From assembly GCA_039802605.1 (NCBI GenBank), contig JBDRWW010000002.1, positions 160,001 to 224,000 of the forward strand: 64,000 bases of DNA, written 5' to 3'. Below are positions 50,275 to 60,669 of this stretch, one piece after another. Source of the stretch: a candidate division WOR-3 bacterium (GTDB lineage: Bacteria; Hydrothermota; Hydrothermia; LBFQ01). The notes beneath the pieces were generated by a model that saw only the letters and a list, made by a program, of their open reading frames with translations, ran no database searches and was not told the DNA's origin. The translations under genes were made by a program, and so were the position numbers. Within the stretch, counting starts at the first letter, position 1. The number at the start of each line of letters is the position of its first letter.

Positions 50275-50780
50275 TAGTATTAGCGTTATTACTTACGGGC
50301 TGCAAGAACATATTTTTACCAAAAACCGTAGATGTAAATGGTTTGTATTACGAACCTATAACCCCAGAGTATGTTGTAAAAAACCTTGAAACGGCCTATA
50401 AATTGGAAGATATTGAAAAATACAAAGAGTGCCTTGATAAAGACAGCTTCAAATTCTATTTTGACCCATCCCAAAGCGATATAAAGGATATTTTAAGGGA
50501 TAGGTGGGGAATAGACAGCCTTTCTTGGGGATACAACGAAGAAATAACATCCGCTCAAAGGATATTTGATTATGCGTCTAACATCGTTTTAAACATAATA
50601 AACGGTTCCCCAATATACAAATCCGAGAGTTTGGAGGTTTGGATATGGGATTATTACCTAAAAATTGAACCCCCATTTGAAGGGCAGGGAGAAGCCATAG
50701 GCAAAGCGGTATTTACATTTGTAAAGAGGGGAGATTACTGGTATATAAGGCTATGGCAGGATTACAAATCCGGAATGTAG
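50253..50780 (+). CDS. Putative lipoprotein, possibly NTF2-like fold; start codon uncertain and possibly non-canonical
   Basis: The frame upstream of 50343 encodes the lipobox signal [12 protein letters not shown]. The mature part contains [13 protein letters not shown]...W.I..WQD. Confidence 0.6.
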   Translation: MRCTHRLVVLALLLTGCKNIFLPKTVDVNGLYYEPITPEYVVKNLETAYKLEDIEKYKECLDKDSFKFYFDPSQSDIKDILRDRWGIDSLSWGYNEEITSAQRIFDYASNIVLNIINGSPIYKSESLEVWIWDYYLKIEPPFEGQGEAIGKAVFTFVKRGDYWYIRLWQDYKSGM

Positions 50781-51757
50781 GTATTATAGGGGGAGGGGCT
50801 TGGGGTTTAACATTGGCAAACCTTTTGAGTGATAACGGATTAAATGTTTTGGTTTGGGATAGGAATCTCCAAAGGGTGAAAACGTTAAAGGAACAACATC
50901 TTGACCCAGAAAGGCTTCCCGGAATAGTTTTAAACAAGGGTATAGATTTTACCAACAACTTAGCGGAACTCTCGGGTTTTGATATACACATACTAGCCGT
51001 AAAATCGGAAGCGGTTGGGGAAATGACGGAAAAGTTGAAGGATTTGGATATAAAAATATTAATAAGTGCTATAAAGGGCTTTGTGGGAAACGGAATAAAA
51101 ACTATAACCGAGCATTTGAAGGAAAATTTAAAAGGCGTCGAAATATTTGCCCTCGGTGGGCCATCAATAGCCTTGGAGGTATGCAAAAAAATCCCAACAT
51201 CCGTGGTTTTGGCGGGAGAAAACGAAAATATAATGGAGGAAATTCAGAAAAAGTTTTCAAACGATTATTTTAGGGTTTATAGAAATACGGATATAATAGG
51301 GGTGGAATTTGCCGGGGCTTTAAAGAATATAATAGCAATTGCGGCCGGAATATGCGATGGTTTGGGTTTGGGGGAAAACTCAAAGGGAGCTTTATTAACG
51401 AGGGGGATATACGAGATGGCCAGGTTTGGTATAAAGTTCGGTGCAAGGATGGAAACATTTTTCGGATTGGCGGGTCTTGGAGATGTTATAACCACGAGTT
51501 TTTCAAAGAATTCAAGGAATAGGTATGTGGGGGAAATGTTGGGTAAGGGTTATACGATTGAGGAGATATTAAAAGGTATGGTTATGGTTGCAGAGGGGGT
51601 TAGAACGGCCTTTCTGGTTAGGGAGGAGGCCGATAAATTGGGGATAGAAATGCCTATAACGGAGGGGGTTTGTAGGGTTATAGAGGGTAAGAATAAACCA
51701 AACGAAATAATATACAAACTCATGACGAGGGAATTGAAGAGGGAGTTTTATGTATGA
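50753..51757 (+). CDS. gpsA: NAD(P)H-dependent glycerol-3-phosphate dehydrogenase
   Basis: GGGAWG, GPSIA, ALKNIIAIAAG, GLGD, SRN, VAEG. Confidence 0.96.
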   Translation: MAGLQIRNVGIIGGGAWGLTLANLLSDNGLNVLVWDRNLQRVKTLKEQHLDPERLPGIVLNKGIDFTNNLAELSGFDIHILAVKSEAVGEMTEKLKDLDIKILISAIKGFVGNGIKTITEHLKENLKGVEIFALGGPSIALEVCKKIPTSVVLAGENENIMEEIQKKFSNDYFRVYRNTDIIGVEFAGALKNIIAIAAGICDGLGLGENSKGALLTRGIYEMARFGIKFGARMETFFGLAGLGDVITTSFSKNSRNRYVGEMLGKGYTIEEILKGMVMVAEGVRTAFLVREEADKLGIEMPITEGVCRVIEGKNKPNEIIYKLMTRELKREFYV

Positions 51758-52740
51758 GCAACAGCGTTATAGAGGCAAAGAACCTTACGAAGGTTTATAG
51801 GGTATCGATTAAAGAAGGTGGATTTTTGGAAAGCTTAAAAAGGGTTTTCAAAAGGGAATATAGGGATATAGTTGCGGTTAATGGGGTATCTTTTAGCATA
51901 AATGAGGGGGAAATTGTGGGGTTTTTGGGGCCAAACGGTGCCGGAAAAACCACAACATTAAAAATGCTAACCGGATTGATTTACCCAACATCGGGATATA
52001 TCAATGTTTTGGGGTTTAAACCCTTTGAAAGGAAGAAGGAGTTCTTGAAAAGTATTACCCTTGTTATGGGGCAAAAGCAACAGCTAATCTGGGACTTACC
52101 CCCTATGGATACGTTTGAGATAAACGCCGCCATATACGATATACCGAAGGAAGTTTTTAAAAAGCGGGTTTATGAACTTTCGGAAATGCTTTCGATAACG
52201 CATATACTAAACCAACCCGTAAGAAAACTCTCCTTGGGTGAAAGGATGAAGGCCGAGCTTGTGGCCGCCTTAATACACTCACCCAAAATATTATTCCTTG
52301 ACGAACCCACCATTGGGCTTGATGTAAATGCTCAGGTTTCCATAAGGGAGTTTTTAAGGGAGTACAACGAAAGGTTTAAGGCTACAATAATTTTAACGAG
52401 TCATTACATGGCGGACATAGAAGCCTTATGCGATAGGGTAATGGTAATCCATAGGGGAAATCTTATATTTGACGGGGATTTATACGACCTTCTTGAAAGG
52501 GTTGACCCGCACAAGGAGATAACCGTTGAACTGAAAAGGCATGTACCATTGTATGAGTTAAAGAAGTTTGGGGAGATAAGGGAGATTGAGGGCCTTGAGG
52601 TTAAGTTCATAGTGAATAGGGATGAGGTTTTTAAAAAGATTGGCGAAATAATTATGAATTTACCCGTTAGCGATTTGAGTATTACGGATCCACCCATTGA
52701 AAATGTAATATCCAAGGTGTTTTTAAACCCCGATGTTTAA
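51754..52740 (+). CDS. ABC-2-type exporter ATP-binding protein (COG4586-like)
   Basis: GPNGAGKTT, LSLGERM, LDEPTIGLD, TSHYM. Confidence 0.93.
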   Translation: MSNSVIEAKNLTKVYRVSIKEGGFLESLKRVFKREYRDIVAVNGVSFSINEGEIVGFLGPNGAGKTTTLKMLTGLIYPTSGYINVLGFKPFERKKEFLKSITLVMGQKQQLIWDLPPMDTFEINAAIYDIPKEVFKKRVYELSEMLSITHILNQPVRKLSLGERMKAELVAALIHSPKILFLDEPTIGLDVNAQVSIREFLREYNERFKATIILTSHYMADIEALCDRVMVIHRGNLIFDGDLYDLLERVDPHKEITVELKRHVPLYELKKFGEIREIEGLEVKFIVNRDEVFKKIGEIIMNLPVSDLSITDPPIENVISKVFLNPDV

Positions 52741-52763
52741 ACTTCCACTTTAAAATATCCGCT

Positions 52764-53567
52764 ATGGAATTGAAAATCGACAATGGGAAGAATTGGGCTT
52801 TAATTCTCGGTTCTTCAAGCGGATTTGGAGCCGCAACGGCAATAAAACTGGCGGAATGCGGTTTAAACATTTTTGGTGTGCATTTGGATAGGAGGGAAAC
52901 ATTGCCGAATGCCCAAAAGGTTGTTGAAGAGATAAAAAAATTCGGTGTAAAGGTTTATTTCTTCAACACAAACGCAGCGGACGATAGGAAAAGGGAAGAG
53001 GTTATAAAAAGCATAAAGGAGATTACACAAAACGAAGGGGGAAAGATAAAGGTATTATTACACTCATTGGCATTCGGAACATTGAAGCCTTATATAGGCC
53101 CGGATCCCGAAAGCGATATAAACCGCCAAAACCTTGAAATGACCATAGACATTATGGGGAATTCCTTGGTTTATTGGGTTAGGGATATTTACAGAAACGG
53201 GCTATTTGATGGGGATAGCCGCGTTTTCGCCATGACGAGTGCGGGCTCACATAGGGTTTATCCTTCTTATGGTCCGGTTTCCGCCGCAAAGGCCGTTTTG
53301 GAAGCCCATATAAGGCAATTGGCCTTTGAGTTGGCAAAGGAGGGGATAAGGGTCATAGGTATTCAGGCGGGAATTACGGATACGCCCGCATTGAGGAAGA
53401 TCCCCGGGCACGATAAAATGATAGAATGGGCCAAAGAAAATAATCCCTCGGGAAGGCTAACGACTCCGGAAGATGTGGCAAATGTAATAGCATTACTTTC
53501 AAGACCGGAAGCTTATTGGATAACGGGAACAATAATAAGGGTTGACGGTGGAGAGGATTTGATATAA
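52764..53567 (+). CDS. SDR oxidoreductase, enoyl-ACP reductase (FabL/FabI-like)
   Basis: LGSSSGFG; Y-x6-K (YGPVSAAK); TDTPAL; VDGG. Confidence 0.8.
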   Translation: MELKIDNGKNWALILGSSSGFGAATAIKLAECGLNIFGVHLDRRETLPNAQKVVEEIKKFGVKVYFFNTNAADDRKREEVIKSIKEITQNEGGKIKVLLHSLAFGTLKPYIGPDPESDINRQNLEMTIDIMGNSLVYWVRDIYRNGLFDGDSRVFAMTSAGSHRVYPSYGPVSAAKAVLEAHIRQLAFELAKEGIRVIGIQAGITDTPALRKIPGHDKMIEWAKENNPSGRLTTPEDVANVIALLSRPEAYWITGTIIRVDGGEDLI

Positions 53568-54466
53568 TGAAGGGGGAATTGGTCCCCGCCTCCGAATTAA
53601 TTAATTACGCCGAGGAAAGGAACACCGCAATAGCATCCTTAAACTTCAACAATTACGAGTTTTTAAACGCCATATGCAAAGCAGCCGCAGAACTTGAAGT
53701 TCCGGTTATACTGGCGACATCCGAAGGCGCCATAAAATACATGGGCATAGATGTTATATCCGCAATGGTTCCACAGGTGGTTAAAAGATATGGGATAAAG
53801 GCCTCTTTGCATCTGGATCATGGGAGGTCTTTTGAAACCGTGATGCTGGCAATAAGGTATGGATACACATCGGTAATGATAGACGCATCCGACAAGCCTT
53901 ATGAGGAGAATGTAAGGATAACATCCGAAGTTGTAAGGGTTTGTAAGCCTTTGGGTATAACAGTTGAGGCCGAGTTGGGGGTCCTGGCGGGGGTTGAAGA
54001 TGAAATTTCGGCCGAGAGGGGTATATACACTGACCCACAACAGGCAAAGGATTTTGTTGAAAAAACGGGTGTGGATATGTTGGCCGTTGCGGTTGGAACA
54101 TCGCATGGGGCATATAAATTCAAGGGAGAACCCCATATAGACATTGATAGGGTTAAGAAAATTAGGGAATTAACCAAAAAACCGTTGGTTTTACACGGGG
54201 CATCCGGAGTTTATGGGGAGTTTGTGGAAGAGTTGGGTTTGGAAGGCGCAAAGGGTTTAAGCGACGATTTACTTATAAAGGCTATAAAGTCGGGAATAAG
54301 GAAGGTTAATACGGATACGGATTTGAGGATGGCCTTTATGTTGGGTTTAAAGAGGTCTTTAAACAAAAACCCAAAGGAAATAGACCCCAGAAAACACTTA
54401 ATTCCGGCTATGGAAGAGGTTTATAAAATGGCTTTAAGGAGGCTTATGGTTATCACAAAATCCTAA
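53567..54466 (+). CDS. fba: Class II fructose-bisphosphate aldolase
   Basis: HLDHG, SVMIDAS, VEAELG, GTSHGAYK, LVLHGAS, KVNTDT. Confidence 0.95.
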   Translation: MKGELVPASELINYAEERNTAIASLNFNNYEFLNAICKAAAELEVPVILATSEGAIKYMGIDVISAMVPQVVKRYGIKASLHLDHGRSFETVMLAIRYGYTSVMIDASDKPYEENVRITSEVVRVCKPLGITVEAELGVLAGVEDEISAERGIYTDPQQAKDFVEKTGVDMLAVAVGTSHGAYKFKGEPHIDIDRVKKIRELTKKPLVLHGASGVYGEFVEELGLEGAKGLSDDLLIKAIKSGIRKVNTDTDLRMAFMLGLKRSLNKNPKEIDPRKHLIPAMEEVYKMALRRLMVITKS

Positions 54467-55760
54467 ACTTTGTACCCTCCGGGGTGTCCATAAGTTCAAC
54501 TCCGGCGAGTTTCAGTATTTCACGGATTTTGTCCGCCAAATCGTAATTCTTCTCCCTTCTCGCCAAATCCCTTATTTCTATAAGCCTTCTCAAAACCAGG
54601 TCTTCCCCGGTTTCTTCGAATACAAACCCCAGATTTTCCAAAAACTCCCTAAGGGTGAATAGGATGTTTTTATTTTTACTTTCAAGGTTTTTAAATACCG
54701 TGGCAAAGAATTCCGGGGTATTAAAATCATCCTTTAAAATTTCCACGAGTTCATCCCATAAAGCCTTATCCCTTTCACCCCCGACATCCTTTAAAGCTTC
54801 ATAAAGGTTTGCGTGTGATTTTGAAAATTCCTTTAACTTTTCCGGATAGAACTCCAAGTCGTTCCTATAATGGGCGGATAACAGCAATAGCCTTATGGCG
54901 GATGGGTGGAAATCTTTTAAGGCCTCCTTGGCTAAGAAATAGTTTTTTAAAGATTTTGACATCTTTTCACCGCTTATTGTTAATAGGCCGACATGGATCC
55001 AAAACCTTGCAAATTCCTTACCCGTAGCACCCTTTGTTTGGGCTATCTCATCCTCGTGATGGGGAAATATCAGATCCCTACCACCCCCGTGAATATCAAA
55101 GGGTAATCCCAAATGCTTACCTGACATTGCGGAGCATTCTATATGCCAACCGGGTCTCCCATCACCCCAAGGGCTTGGCCAATAGGGTTCCCCTTCCTTT
55201 TTCGCCTTCCAAAGGGCAAAGTCCAAGGGGTCCCTTTTGGTGGGGTCGGGTTCAACCCTTGCACCCGCCAACATATCGTCCAAAGACATCTTTGAAAGAA
55301 CACCATAACCGTAATCTTCCGCAAACTTTCTAACGGAAAACCAAACATTTCCACCGCTAACATAGGCATACCCGTTTTCTATAATCTTTTGTATCATTTC
55401 AACGATTTCTTGGATGTGTTGGGTAGCCCTTGGGTGGAATACGGGTAAAAAGTTCATAAGTTTCGCAACTTCCCTGTATTCGCTTTCATACCTATCGGCT
55501 ATAACCCTCCAATCAACCCCCTCATCCTTTGCCTTCTGTATTATTTTGTCGTCAATATCCGTGAAATTTTGGATGGCCCTAACCTCCCAATTTAAAACCT
55601 TAAAAAACCTATAAAGGGTATCAAAGACTGTGAAAACCCTTAGATGCCCCAGATGTGGGCTATCCTGAACCGTCATACCGCACACATAAACCCTTACGGT
55701 TTTCCCATCCAAAGGCTGAAAATCTTCTTTTTTACCCGTTAAAGTGTTATAGAGTTTCAT
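54453..55760 (-). CDS. cysS: Cysteine-tRNA ligase
   Basis: CGMTV...HLGH, GRPGWHIECSAM, FPHHE, KMSKS. Confidence 0.97.
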   Translation of the reverse strand: MKLYNTLTGKKEDFQPLDGKTVRVYVCGMTVQDSPHLGHLRVFTVFDTLYRFFKVLNWEVRAIQNFTDIDDKIIQKAKDEGVDWRVIADRYESEYREVAKLMNFLPVFHPRATQHIQEIVEMIQKIIENGYAYVSGGNVWFSVRKFAEDYGYGVLSKMSLDDMLAGARVEPDPTKRDPLDFALWKAKKEGEPYWPSPWGDGRPGWHIECSAMSGKHLGLPFDIHGGGRDLIFPHHEDEIAQTKGATGKEFARFWIHVGLLTISGEKMSKSLKNYFLAKEALKDFHPSAIRLLLLSAHYRNDLEFYPEKLKEFSKSHANLYEALKDVGGERDKALWDELVEILKDDFNTPEFFATVFKNLESKNKNILFTLREFLENLGFVFEETGEDLVLRRLIEIRDLARREKNYDLADKIREILKLAGVELMDTPEGTKFRIL

Positions 55761-57250
55761 TCCCTCTTGGGCCTTAAAGTGGGCAAAGGTATAACATCCC
55801 TTATGTTTTGCGAATCCGTTAGGAGCATAAATATCCTATCCAAACCCAAACCCAGACCCCCCGTAGGTGGCATACCGTATTCAAGGGCCAATATAAAATC
55901 CTCGTCTATATCCTCTGGTAATTCCTCATCCTTTGTCCGTTTCCTCAATTCCACCTCTTCTTCAAGCCTTTTTTTCTGCTCTACGGCGTCATTCAATTCG
56001 CTGAAAGCATTTGCAACCTCCATTCCGCAAACAAAAAGTTCAAACCTCTCAACAAGCCTTTCATCCTCCCTATGCCTTTTGGCCAATGGGGTTAATTCAA
56101 GGGGGTGGTCTATTACAAATGTGGGTTCTTTTATCTTTGATGCTACGAAGTGATCAAAGAGCTTATCGTACAACTTTGCCCTTGTTGGATATTTAACCTT
56201 TATTCCGGATTTTTCGGCTATTCTCATAAGTTCCTCAATAGGTGCGTTTAGTACATCTATCCCCAAACTTTCGTTTAAACTATCAACGAATTTTATCCTT
56301 TTAAAAGGCCTTTCAACCCTTATGGTTTCACCGTTATACACAAACCCGTTTTTTCCGCTGAGGAATAAAACCATATTGTAAAAGTATTCCTCCGTTAATT
56401 CCATAACATCGTTGTAATCCCAATATGCCGCATACGCTTCAAGGGCTGTGAATTCGGGATAATGCGTAGCATCTATCCCCTCATTCCTAAAATTTTTTCC
56501 TATCTCATAAACCCTTTCAAACCCACCAACTATGAGCTTTTTAAGGGATATTTCCGTAGCAATCCTGAGATACAATTCCGTATCGAGGGCATTGGAATAG
56601 GTTTTAAAGGGCCTTGCAGTTGCACCCCCATAAACGGTTTGAAGTATTGGCGTTTCCAACTCTATAAAACCCTTATCCTCAAAAAACTTCCTGGTTTCTT
56701 TTAAAAACAAAAACCTCCTTTTAAAATGTTCCCTTGCCTCCTTACTTGAAATTAAATGTAAAAACCTGTACCTGTATTTTAACTCTGGGTCTTGTAATCC
56801 GTGCCACTTTTCCGGTAGTGGGTGTAGGGATTTTACCAATAAGGTTAATCTTTTAACCAAAACGGTAGGCTCTCCGGTTTTTGTGTAAAATGTCCTTCCC
56901 TCAATCCCTATTATATCCCCGATGTCTATAAACTTTTCATAAACCTTTGCCGGGTTTTTGTTTTCCAATTTGTTAATATCAAGGCCCTCAAAGAAATCTT
57001 CGGGCGTCTCTCCCTTTCTTATCATTATCTGTATCTTATCCCCCTCACCCATTATATCCGAAAATATCATTTTTCCAAAGGGCCTTCTTGTTAAAACCCT
57101 CCCCGCAATCCTAACATTTAAGCCTTCTTGGAAGTTTCCCTTCAATTCTTCAATTTTGTGTGTCCTTTCAAACCTATAAGGGAAAGGATTTACACCGAGT
57201 TCCCTTAGGGCATTTATTTTTCCAAGCCTTATTTCATACTCTGAATGCAT
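55757..57250 (-). CDS. lysS: Lysine-tRNA ligase (class II)
   Basis: PEKWHGL, GGATARPF, FRNEG, YGMPPTGGLGLG. Confidence 0.97.
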   Translation of the reverse strand: MHSEYEIRLGKINALRELGVNPFPYRFERTHKIEELKGNFQEGLNVRIAGRVLTRRPFGKMIFSDIMGEGDKIQIMIRKGETPEDFFEGLDINKLENKNPAKVYEKFIDIGDIIGIEGRTFYTKTGEPTVLVKRLTLLVKSLHPLPEKWHGLQDPELKYRYRFLHLISSKEAREHFKRRFLFLKETRKFFEDKGFIELETPILQTVYGGATARPFKTYSNALDTELYLRIATEISLKKLIVGGFERVYEIGKNFRNEGIDATHYPEFTALEAYAAYWDYNDVMELTEEYFYNMVLFLSGKNGFVYNGETIRVERPFKRIKFVDSLNESLGIDVLNAPIEELMRIAEKSGIKVKYPTRAKLYDKLFDHFVASKIKEPTFVIDHPLELTPLAKRHREDERLVERFELFVCGMEVANAFSELNDAVEQKKRLEEEVELRKRTKDEELPEDIDEDFILALEYGMPPTGGLGLGLDRIFMLLTDSQNIRDVIPLPTLRPKRE

Positions 57251-57281
57251 AGTTGTGTATTCTACCCCCGATGAATACGGT

Positions 57282-59036
57282 TTATTGTGCCATAAACTTC
57301 TTTATAACCCTCCCATTCTTTAACCTTATGAAGTATATTCCCCTTTTGATTTCATAAGCCCTTTTACCGTCAACGGTATAAACCCCGTAATAATCCGGGG
57401 AATTGCCCTTAACATTTTCCGAAACGCTTAGTTCATCGTCTCCCCCAAGGGGGTCGTAATCAAACCTAACATAATCAATTATTGGGCTTTTTGTCTGATC
57501 GCTTGATGCGTAGAGTTCCAACCTATACTGCAAATACCTATAATTTATAGTTGTGAAAGGTGAGGGCAAAGGTAGTGTTGATGTAGCGGTATAATCCCCG
57601 ACAAATACCCAAGGCGTCCAACTTACCAAGTCTTTTGAAGCCCTAACATAGAGTTTAACCAAAACGCCACTCATAGAACATAATGAAAACCCAAATGAAA
57701 ACCCAACGGTTGCCGAAAGCCACCTCCTCTGAACCCCGGCATCGTAAATTGAGGATTCAAGCCAACCATTTGGAGAATACTGTAATATGGTTTCATACCA
57801 CCATAGGCCCTGCTTTGTGGAAGTTGTACCAGCCCTAACCAATATATCCGGATCCGCATCCCCATCGAGGTCCCCTATGCCAACACCGAAATAATCCCTG
57901 TTGGTTATCGTAGGCGTTCTCCTTACAAATGTTAATGCACCCGTTTGTTCATAAACATAAATAATCCTGTTTCCATATGACGCAACGGCTATATCCAAAT
58001 CGCCATCCGGTTCAAAATCCGCAATCTGAACCCCCATAGGTCCATTCGCGTTGTTATCCACGGTGCGCTTGGTAAATGTTAGGCCGCCATTGTTTATGTA
58101 TAAATACACATATCCGGTTCCTCCCCTGTCGGTTAAGACCAAGTCAAGCCTGCCATCTCCGTTAATATCACCGGCGGTCAAACCGTATCCGTTGCTAAGC
58201 GTGTTGTCTATTATTACGGGTGTCCATACAAGGGGGGAACCCCCATCGTTTCTAAAAATATAGAGCCTACAGGCGGTTGCAAGGGCTATATCCCTTCTCC
58301 CATCGTTGTTGAAATCACCTATTACCACATCCCAAGCCGCACAACCTATGGAGTTTGTTATCATCCTCTTAGTCCATCCCGAACCCGTGTTCTCATACCA
58401 CCATAGGCCACCGGCAAGCCATGAAACCGCAACATCAACATCTCCATCGTTATCAAGGTCACCGGCATCTATACCTTCGGCTTCGGAGGAACCACCCATA
58501 TTGGGATCTATAACAACCGTTGTAAAGGACATACCCCCATTGTTCCTATAAAGTACAACATCCTTTCCGCTTGTTGGATGGGATGCGGCAAAGACATCCA
58601 TATCTCCATCGTTTTGGTAATCTATGGCAACCACTTCATCAACGCTCGCAATGTTTGGGTCTATTGTGTATCTCGTAAAGGAACCGCAACCCGAGTTTCT
58701 ATACCAATAAACAACATTTGGCCCGCTCTCATCCGAAACCAGCAGGTCATTTGCCCCATCAAGGTTTAAATCAACTATGTCGGGGTCGTTATCCCAACCG
58801 CCGATGGTATTATCAACCAAATGCTCCCTCAAATCCCTGTAAATACCGGCAAGCCTCAAATAGTTTGGAAATAGATAAAACATTGATGGAGAAGCATTAC
58901 AAAAGGTTGAACCAAAAGAAGGTACGGTTCCGCAAACACCGCTTCCACCCGTCCAATCCGTTTGAACTACCTGAGAATAAATGGGTATAAATACCCCCAT
59001 CCCCAAGGCGGCTAATAAGATTTTAAAAGTTTTCAT
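57282..59036 (-). CDS. Secreted FG-GAP/VCBS repeat beta-propeller protein with a minimal T9SS-like C-terminal domain
   Basis: Repeated D-x-[DN]-x-D-G-x-x-D loops (DLDNDGDVD, DFNNDGRRD, DINGDGRLD); signal peptide followed by Gln; tail VYTVDGK...GIYFI. Confidence 0.85.
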   Translation of the reverse strand: MKTFKILLAALGMGVFIPIYSQVVQTDWTGGSGVCGTVPSFGSTFCNASPSMFYLFPNYLRLAGIYRDLREHLVDNTIGGWDNDPDIVDLNLDGANDLLVSDESGPNVVYWYRNSGCGSFTRYTIDPNIASVDEVVAIDYQNDGDMDVFAASHPTSGKDVVLYRNNGGMSFTTVVIDPNMGGSSEAEGIDAGDLDNDGDVDVAVSWLAGGLWWYENTGSGWTKRMITNSIGCAAWDVVIGDFNNDGRRDIALATACRLYIFRNDGGSPLVWTPVIIDNTLSNGYGLTAGDINGDGRLDLVLTDRGGTGYVYLYINNGGLTFTKRTVDNNANGPMGVQIADFEPDGDLDIAVASYGNRIIYVYEQTGALTFVRRTPTITNRDYFGVGIGDLDGDADPDILVRAGTTSTKQGLWWYETILQYSPNGWLESSIYDAGVQRRWLSATVGFSFGFSLCSMSGVLVKLYVRASKDLVSWTPWVFVGDYTATSTLPLPSPFTTINYRYLQYRLELYASSDQTKSPIIDYVRFDYDPLGGDDELSVSENVKGNSPDYYGVYTVDGKRAYEIKRGIYFIRLKNGRVIKKFMAQ

Positions 59037-59103
59037 CACAAGCTATTTTAAGGTTGATATTGATAGTTTTCAAGCGGGTGTATCCCTTTATAATTCCCAC
59101 CCT

Positions 59104-60630
59104 ATGGTTGCGAAGGCTTTTTCGGCCATACATTGGGGTGTTGATGCCATAAAAATTGAGGTTGAGGTTGATTACGCAAAGGGTGTTCCCCAATTCATAA
59201 TAGTGGGACTACCGGATACTGAGGTTAAAGAGAGTAGGGAGAGAATCCATTCGGCGATAAAAAACTCGGGTTTCCCATTTCCACCCGGAAGGGTTAGGGT
59301 TAATTTAGCACCCGCAAGCATTAAAAAGGAGGGTTCCCTTTTGGATTTGCCAATAGCCCTTGCGGTTTTATCTTCCTTTGGATATATACCACCGGAAAAA
59401 CTTTTAAACTATTTGATTATGGGCGAATTGTCCCTTGAAGGGGTATTAAGGAAGGTTCCGGGTGTTTTACCGGCCGGTATTTTGGCGAGGAAGGAGGGTT
59501 TGAGTTTAATAGTTCCCTCTCAAAACGCAGCGGAGGGGGCCGTTTTAAAGGATTTAAAGGTTTTTGGGCTAAATACTTTGAAAGAGGTGGTTGATTTTAT
59601 TCTCGGAAATTTGGATGTAGAACCCGCAAAATATGAGAATACGGAAACCGTAGCGGATTACGATGTTGATATGGAGGATGTTAGGGGGATGGATTATGTT
59701 AAAAGGGCTTGCGAGGTTGCCGCCGCGGGTTCCCATAATATCCTAATGATAGGTCCTCCGGGTTCGGGCAAAACCATGATAGCAAGGAGAATACCAACAA
59801 TATTGCCGGAAATGTCCGAAGAGGAGGCCATAGAGACTACAAAAATATATTCCGTTGCCGGATTACTCCCATCGGGCTCGGGACTTATGAGGATTAGGCC
59901 TTTTAGGGCACCACATCATACGGTTTCGGAAGTGGCTTTAATCGGTGGGGGAAGCGTTCCAAAACCAGGTGAGGTTAGTTTGGCGCATAACGGCGTATTA
60001 TTCTTAGACGAATTACCGGAGTTTAGCAGGCAATCCCTGGAGGCTTTAAGGCAACCCATGGAGGACGGTATAGTTAGGATAAGCAGGGCTAAGGGTAGTG
60101 CCCAATTCCCCGCAAACTTTATGTTGGTGGCCGCTATGAACCCCTGTCCATGCGGACATTTCGGGGATAAAAACAAACAATGCACATGCACCGTTTCGGC
60201 GATAAACAGGTATCAGGGAAAGGTTTCCGGCCCATTACTTGATAGGATTGACATATTTATAAGCGTTCAGCCTTTGAGTTATGAGGAGTTTAGGGGGAAG
60301 AAGGGGGAAAAATCAAAAGATATAAGGGAGAGGGTTGAAAGGGCAAGGGAAATTCAGAGAAAAAGATTTAAGGATTATAAGATATACACGAATAGCAGGA
60401 TGACGCCGAGAATGATAAAGGAGTTTTGTAAATTATCAACCGAGGCGGAGAATATATTAAAGATGGCGACGGAAAGGATGGGGATATCCGCAAGGGGAAT
60501 TACGAGGATTTTAAAGGTTGCAAGAACCATTGCAGACCTTGAAGGGGTGAAGGATATACAAGTTCATCATATAGCGGAGGCTATACAGTATAGGCAAAAT
60601 GTAGGCGAGTATTGGATGGGGAGTATTTAA
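59104..60630 (+). CDS. comM: YifB/ComM Mg-chelatase-like AAA+ ATPase
   Basis: IVGLPD..VKESRER, GPPGSGKT, PFRAPHH, LAHNGVLFLDE, NPCPCG, SGPLLDRID. Confidence 0.93.
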   Translation: MVAKAFSAIHWGVDAIKIEVEVDYAKGVPQFIIVGLPDTEVKESRERIHSAIKNSGFPFPPGRVRVNLAPASIKKEGSLLDLPIALAVLSSFGYIPPEKLLNYLIMGELSLEGVLRKVPGVLPAGILARKEGLSLIVPSQNAAEGAVLKDLKVFGLNTLKEVVDFILGNLDVEPAKYENTETVADYDVDMEDVRGMDYVKRACEVAAAGSHNILMIGPPGSGKTMIARRIPTILPEMSEEEAIETTKIYSVAGLLPSGSGLMRIRPFRAPHHTVSEVALIGGGSVPKPGEVSLAHNGVLFLDELPEFSRQSLEALRQPMEDGIVRISRAKGSAQFPANFMLVAAMNPCPCGHFGDKNKQCTCTVSAINRYQGKVSGPLLDRIDIFISVQPLSYEEFRGKKGEKSKDIRERVERAREIQRKRFKDYKIYTNSRMTPRMIKEFCKLSTEAENILKMATERMGISARGITRILKVARTIADLEGVKDIQVHHIAEAIQYRQNVGEYWMGSI

Positions 60631-60669
60631 ATTTACATTAAGCCCCTAACTTTCCTTTCAAAATTGTGT

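Noticed and set aside
57700..58800. Tandem DNA repeats or a CRISPR-like array
   Set aside because: The periodicity comes from degenerate FG-GAP protein repeats. I saw no identical repeats with spacers anywhere in the window.
58981..59103. Extended N-termini in the ORF track (comM 58981, pgk 19365, cytochrome c 49492, nosZ 61157)
   Set aside because: Downstream ATGs fit the family N-termini and the -10 or SD positions better.
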